In this document: positions 57,101-64,000 of the stretch, piece after piece
Layout: each line of letters opens with the position of its first letter
Numbering within the stretch: position 1 is the first letter of the stretch
Source: the human T2T-CHM13v2.0 reference genome, Homo sapiens
DNA: 64,000 nt
Assembly: GCF_009914755.1 (NCBI RefSeq)
Contig: NC_060929.1
Reading direction: 5' to 3' (one strand)
Program-made: the position numbers and the translations under genes
The notes under the pieces: generated by a model
What the model saw: the letters and a program-made list of their open reading frames with translations, nothing else
The model's database searches: none
Told to the model about the DNA's origin: nothing

Positions 57101-58470
57101 TAAATGTAGAACTAAATTTATAAAATTTTTAGAAGAAAAAAATCCATAGGCCGGGCACGGTGGCTCATGCCTGTAATCCCAGCACTTCAGAGGCTGAGGC
57201 GGGCAGATCCGTTGAGGTCAGTTCAAGACCAGCCTAGCCTATATGGTGAAATCCCAACTCTACTAAAAATAAAAAATAAAAAAAAAATGGGCTGGGAGTG
57301 GTGGTGCACACCTGTAGTCCCAGCTACTTGGGAGACTGAAGCACAAGAATCACTTGAACCCAGCAGGCAGAGGTTGCAGTGAGTGGAGATTGTGCCACTG
57401 CACCCCAGCCTGGGTGACAGAGTGAGAATGTGAGTCAAAAAAAGAAAAAAGAAAAATTCCTCATGACCTGGGGTTAAGGTTCCTAGACATGACACCAAAA
57501 ACATGATCCACCAATGGCATGATGGATAAGACTTCATCAAAATTAAGTCTGTGCTTCAAAAGACACTATCAACAAAGTAAAGAGAGAATAGGAGAAATTA
57601 CAAATCATATACCTGGTAAGAGACTTGTACCCAGAATATATAAAGACTCTTACTACCCAATAAGACAACTAAAAAAATGGGTAAATAATTTGAATAAACA
57701 CTGCTTTAAGGAAGATACACAAATAGCCAATAAGCACAAGAAAGAATGCTCAACATAGTATCAGAGAATAGCAAACCAAAACTAGATAGAGATCCCATTT
57801 CATATCCACTAGAGTGACTAAAATCAAAATGTCAGGTAAACAAGTATTGGCAAGGATGCAGAGAAAATGGAACCTGCATACACTGCTGGTGGGAAAGTAA
57901 AAAGATGTAGCTGCTTTGGGAAACAATGACAGCTCCTCAAATGATTAACATAGTTATCATATAACCTAAAAATTCTACTCCTAGGTAAGAAATGAAAACA
58001 CATATGCACATAAAGACTTGTACACGTTTATAGCAGCTTTAGTCAGGACAGCCAAAGGGTGGAAATACCCAAAATGTCCAACTTACAAATGTATAAACAA
58101 AGTGCTACAGCCATACAATGAAGTATTTTCAGACATACTAATGAATGTGCTGATACATGCTCGAATATAGATGAACCTCTTAAGACATGTAAAGTGAAGG
58201 AAGCCAGTAACCAAAGACCACGTATTATGATTCCATGTACATGAAATGTCCAGAATAAGGAAATCTATGAGATGAAAAGAGGTAGTATGGATGGCGGGGG
58301 ATGACAGGAGAAGGATAAAAGCTAAACTATACAAGGTTTCTATCTGAGGTGATGAAAACATTCTAAAATTGATTATTGGAATGGTTGCATTTATCTGTGT
58401 ATATACTAAAAGCTACTGAATTACACACCTTAAATGGGTGAAATGTATGTTGTTACAATAAAGCGTTTTT
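54200..58470 (+). mobile_element. Old degenerate L1M element interrupted by Alus (~54342-54640, ~55190-55340, ~57149-57455)
   Basis: Colinear ORF2 remnants (ctaaaattcatatggaa, aagacttactataaagct) and L1MB/MC-type 3' end (ggtgatgaaaacattctaaaattgat). Confidence 0.75.
56260..56441. repeat. 91-bp direct tandem duplication inside the L1 relic
   Basis: aatcaggcaagaaaaatcatagac... starts at 56260 and 56351, near-identical. Confidence 0.93.
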
Positions 58471-58947
58471 CTTAATTATATATGATCCCATTTATAACAT
58501 GCTTGAAGACAAAAATATGGAGATGGGGATTAGATCAGTGGTTTCCAAGGTTTAGGGGCTGGGAGTAGGGTGTGTAGAGTACAAAGAGAGCACGAGAGTT
58601 TTTACGGTGATTGAACTCTTCAATACTCTGACTGTGGAGGTGTTTACACATATCTATACTTAAAATTCACCAAACCATACACCAAAAAAGTTAATTTTAC
58701 TTTACTCAAAAAATTTTGTTAAATGTCAAAGAGAATAAAATTAAAAGAAAAATAGCCTCTTCCCCCGACAATTCATTCCTAAAATGAGCAAGATAGGAAT
58801 CACAGGGTGAATGGACTGCCATGGCCTGGAGTGAGGTATTAGGGTCCAGGCAGGATGAGGAGGACATTCCTGCTCAGCATAGGATGCGAAGCCTAAGCAG
58901 GGTGAGGAAGACATTCATGTGGGGAGATGACCTACAATAGAGAATCA

Positions 58948-59241
<294 letters not shown>

Positions 59242-60683
59242 CCCCACAAATAATCAAATAGGAATCAGGTTTCTCACTGGTACTGAAAACGGTTATAAAT
59301 GTGGAGAAGGAAAAAATGAAAATGAAGCCCATGGGATCAGAATTTATATGTGAATTCATGGTTTTCAATATACATAGATGCAGAAATATAGATGTAAAGA
59401 CATGCATTATATATACACACCAACGGCAATTGCACACTAGCACAGATCTTGGCTTTTAAATATTACTCACTAAAGAGAACCCAGGCTCTACGGAAAAATG
59501 GCTGATTCTTGGGTTAGGTCGAGGACAGCATGAGAAGCCTGGTATATCTTATGCCAGAGAGTAACAAATTCATTGAATAATGATGGGAATGTGTCAGAAG
59601 GACACAGAGGCCACCCAGAATGGACTTCTACCAGCCAAATGTACAATAATTTTGAGCACCAATGTAATGATAATAGGTTTTTTAACCTGCTGAATAAAAT
59701 AGAAAATAATGAGTTTATAGAGATACGATAAATTTAAAGTCTGATCAGAAACAAGGTAGTATTTTGCAACTATCTTCTCAAGAAATAATTATAAAAATAA
59801 CTACAGTGGAGAAGTCTGGCAGACACTACCTTAATCAGTCATCTAAGAAACACCATCAGAAATGAGACAAACTGAAATTATTAAACAATGACAGGATGCA
59901 CTTCTATCACATTCCTGCCAAAGATGAATAACCTCAATCTAATCATGAAGTATCAGACAGAACTCAAAATAAGGGGTGTTCTACAAAACTAGCCCATAAT
60001 TGTCAAAAGTACTAAGTTGTAAAAGGAAACAAATGAGAATTTGTTCCAGAATGAAGTAAACTAAAGACAGCTGACATCTAAATGAAAGGCATGATTCTGA
60101 CTGGATCCTCTTGCTATATGGACATTATTGGGACAATCAGTTCAATGTGAATGAAGTGAAGATCTGAGGATTAGAGGGTAGTAATGTGTCAACGTAAATT
60201 TCCTGATTCTAATGGTTGCATTGTAGTCATGTAAGATAATTTGAAGCAGATAGTAATCAGTAATGAGGAATCATGTCTTCAACTAAATCACAAATGGTTC
60301 AGAAAGAAAAAAATTATCTGTAACTTTTCTATGCATGAGATTTAAAATTTTTTCAAGAGTTAAAAAGGGCAAAAAATAAAAAGGACATAAATAGGATATT
60401 GAATAAAATGTCTATAGACAATTCCTACCTATATGCCTAAATCACTTACAATCAAAATGATGCCACTGATATACAATTAGTGACCTTACTTTGCTTTCTG
60501 CCACAAAGGACTCACCTAATTACCATGATCACACTTCTCTTTTGTGTTAATCCACTTCTATTGTTAGGGTTTTAACTATTTTTAAACTTCTTGACATAAA
60601 GTAATCCCTCAAGTAATAATATTCTAATTAAGAAATTTACATTAACTCTTAATTTACTTAAAATACATTTATGGACTTTTTCC

Positions 60684-60773
60684 TTTATTAAAATTGTTTT
60701 CAGCACTATAATTTTGTGTGAATTGTTATACTTAGACAAAGGGGTACACAATTCCTATTTAGAAAATTTTATT
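60684..60773 (-). terminator. NUDCD2: Candidate proximal NUDCD2 poly(A) signals
   Basis: AATAAA on the minus strand at 60768-60773 and 60684-60689, about 370-460 nt after the stop. Confidence 0.6.
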
Positions 60774-61142
60774 GAATATCATACTTATCAAAAGAAAAAG
60801 TTAATTTTCCCCAAAGGCACCCTTCATTTCACATGATCTATACTCTAATGTTCTTTTGTATTAAAAATATGGTTAAATATGGAATTAGTAAAATGCAGCA
60901 TATAAAACTTCATGCTGAGCAAAAACAAGTCCAAAACAACTTTACCATATATCCATAGAATAGTTCCCACAGTACATTTCCTATGTAAATTATGTTTGAA
61001 TGCAATTTTTAGAACCATTTTAAGATACATTTTGCAATCTGTTAACTGTAGGCATCCGCATTTTTCTTCCATTACATAATCTGTTTATCTGATTAAGTTG
61101 GCAATATCTGCTAGGATCCACAGAATGCAGGAAAAAAAGCAG

Positions 61143-61226
61143 TTATTTCTCAAGGTTTGAGAAATCTGGTCCACCTTTAGTGTAGTTTCCTGAGATTTCT
61201 GCTCCACTGAAGTCAAAACCAGGATT
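61143..61226 (-). CDS. NUDCD2: NudC domain-containing protein 2, last coding exon (upstream exons beyond the window)
   Basis: Minus strand ttttag|AAT...TAA encodes NPGFDFSGAEISGNYTKGGPDFSNLEK*, the NudC-family C-terminal motif matching NUDCD2. Confidence 0.95.
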   Translation of the reverse strand, partial: NPGFDFSGAEISGNYTKGGPDFSNLEK

Positions 61227-61511
61227 CTAAAAGATACAAACATATATATAATGAAATAAAACTTATAAGGAAAAATACAAGTACAAACTGGCAATTGATA
61301 AAAAAGGATATATAAATGACCAATAAATACATGAAAATATAACAGACTTCACTGTTACCACCAAAGTAATATTTAAAATTATGAGGCATTTTTCAACTCT
61401 CCCAGTTACAAATATTTAGACATCATATGTACACTACAATGTTGGCAAGTGTATGGGGAAACATATACTTCAATAAAAGTCTGTAGTTATATTTAATAGC
61501 TAGCATTTTTA

Positions 61512-61816
<305 letters not shown>

Positions 61817-62098
61817 TATAGCTAGCATTTTTTGAGAGCTTTCTATATGCCACACAAATTTCTAAGAGCTATACATATATAAGATATTTAACCCTCACAA
61901 CAGTCCTGTGAAGTACTATGTCAGGCCTTAGTCTTTTTGGTGGGCTATTTCGTTTATCCAACAAACATTTGTTGAGCTCCTACTGTTTGGGAGACCATTA
62001 GAGGTATGTAGAATTCAAGAGTGAAAAAAAACAAAAATCCCTGCTCTAGTGGAACTTAACATTCTAGCAGGAGGAGACAAACCATAAATCAACCAGTA

Positions 62099-62290
62099 CA
62101 GGGGCTGGCAGACTTTTTAAAAACTAGGTAGTAAATATGTTAGGCTTTGCAGTCCACATAGTCTCTGTCACAAATACTCAACTGTCTGAAAGACAATATA
62201 CAAACAAATGAGCATATACGTATCCTAGAAAAGCTATAAAACAGGTAGTGGGCCAAATTTGGCCCAAGGGCTGTAGTTTGCCAACCGCTG
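62099..62290. mobile_element. MER58A (hAT-Charlie)
   Basis: caggggctggca...tagtaaatatgttaggctttgcag...gctgtagtttgccaaccgctg with terminal inverted repeats. Confidence 0.8.
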
Positions 62291-62657
62291 ATGTCGTGTT
62301 AAAAGTTGGTAAGTGACACAGAAAAAAAAAAAAAACAGGATAAGGGAAATAAAATTATATTTAAATGGGATGATCAAAGTATGCTTCATTGAGCAATGAT
62401 ATGAAAACATAAAAGTTAGCCAAACTGTGGGAGAAGAGCATTGCAGTCAGGATAGCAAAGGGATGGGCTGACATGTTCTTTAAGGAACAGCAAACAGGCC
62501 AGTATGGCAAAAGCAGAATCACTAAGAGGGATAGCTGTAAGGGAGGAGGTAATCAGGGAGATGATGGAATAACTGATCAGAAAGGGCCGAGAAATGACTT
62601 GCAGAGTTCTGAGAAGTGGCATGATGTGACTTGGATTTTAAAAGAACTGCTCTAACT

Positions 62658-62925
62658 GGCTGGGCGCGGTGGTTCACGCCTGTAATCCCGGCACTTTGGG
62701 AGGCCAAGGCGGGCGGATCACGAGGTCAAGAGATTGAGACCATCCTGGCCAACACGGTGAAACCCCACCTCTACTAAAAATACAAAAAAATTAGCCGTGC
62801 GTGGTGGCGGGAGCCTACAGTCCCAGCTACTCGGGAGGCTGAGGCAGGAGACTGGCGGGAATCCGGGAGGCGGAGCTTGCAGTCAGCAGAGATCGCACCA
62901 CTCCATCTCAGAAAAAAAAAAAAAA
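62658..62925 (+). mobile_element. Alu (Sc/Y-like) with an internal deletion near the 3' end
   Basis: TSD aaaagaactgctctaact on both sides. Confidence 0.94.
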
Positions 62926-64000
62926 AAAGAACTGCTCTAACTGCTATTTTGAGAAGACTATGGCAAGAGTAAAAGTGAGAAGACCAATTAGAACGTTATT
63001 AGAGTAATCAGGCAAGACATTAGAGGTGGTCCAGATCAGAATGGTGGTAGAGTTGGTGGTGAAAAGTGGCCAAATTCTAAATATATTTCGAAGGTAGCAT
63101 CAGTAAGATTTCCTAATACATTGGATAGGGTATGAGAAAGATGTAAGAATCAAAGATGAGTCCCAATTTTTTTTGACCTGAACTACTAGTTTTCATCAAC
63201 TGAGATGAAAAGGCTACAGGTAAAAACAAATATGGAAGGATGTTAGGGTGTTCAACTTGGACATGTTGAGCTTAATATACATTAGATAGCCAGGTGGAGA
63301 TGTTGAATAGGCAACCGGGTATGCAGGTCCTAAATTCAGAAAAAAAGTCTAGGCTAGAGATATACATCTGGAAATCATTATCATAAAGACGTACATTATC
63401 AAGTGCTGCAATCTAGCAATTCCTCTCCTAGATATTTATCTTAAAGATATCTTAGAACACTTGAGTAGTTTCACAGAGATGAAAGCACAGCTTTCTTTAA
63501 AATAGAGAAAAATGAAGAAATCTAAATCATATCAAAGGCAAACAGCCAAATAATGATGACACATCCAAACTACAGAATCCTCTGAAGCAGTTAAAAAGAA
63601 TGAGTTTTATACCTATGTATTAGTAGGGAAAGAGACCCACAGCATATTATTAAATAAAAAAGCAACAAGAAGAACAATACACACAGTGTGATCCTCCATT
63701 TATGCTAAAAAACAAAACAAAACAAGCAATAGCCAACATATGAGATGAAAATGAGATAGATGCATGGAATGGGGAGAATGGTGGTGAAGGGGCCTTTCAC
63801 TTTTTACACTAGGTAAGTCTATATTGATTCAACTATAGTAAGAGTTTATTCATGCATTACTGATGTACATAAAAGTAAGCTTAAACTCACAAATCACAGC
63901 AATACAAATAAATTCCTCTCAAGAAAATCTTCCGAAAAATCAAATCCATACAAGAAAGGCCATTTTTCTAACAATTCACTTTAAAAATTCTTCTAGAAAA

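Larger units (their letters stand above)
61960..63400 (-). mobile_element. L2 relic interrupted by MER58 and an Alu
   Basis: L2 motifs caacaaacatttgttgagctcctact and ttggacatgttgag...ccaggtggagatgttgaataggca. Confidence 0.75.

Overview
Primate (very probably human) genomic DNA, AT-rich and dense in repeats. The window holds the complete CCNG1 (cyclin G1) gene on the + strand: CpG-island promoter at about 44400-45200, a non-coding exon 1, five coding exons that splice to an 888-nt/295-aa ORF, and a 3'UTR-only last exon. It also holds the terminal coding exon of the convergent NUDCD2 gene on the - strand (61143-61226). The ~44 kb upstream is mostly Alu, L1, L2/MIR, LTR (MER39, LTR54-like, MER11, MLT) and DNA-transposon relics. 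The most unusual element, missed by the ORF track, is a ~1.7-kb insert (22470-24181) bounded by a 16-bp direct repeat and ending in an A-tail. It contains a near-intact copy of what I recognise as LIN28B exon 2, joined to non-canonical 5' sequence, a short stop-containing segment and a tail-less antisense Alu. It looks like a retrocopy of an aberrantly spliced, prematurely polyadenylated LIN28B transcript. Other notable items are a 3x131-bp tandem repeat that multiplies AATAAA just past the CCNG1 poly(A) site, the intronic p53 element, a kB/AP-1 composite site and a strong CTCF motif. Gene and repeat-family names come from my recall of the sequences, not from a database search. Repeat boundaries are approximate.
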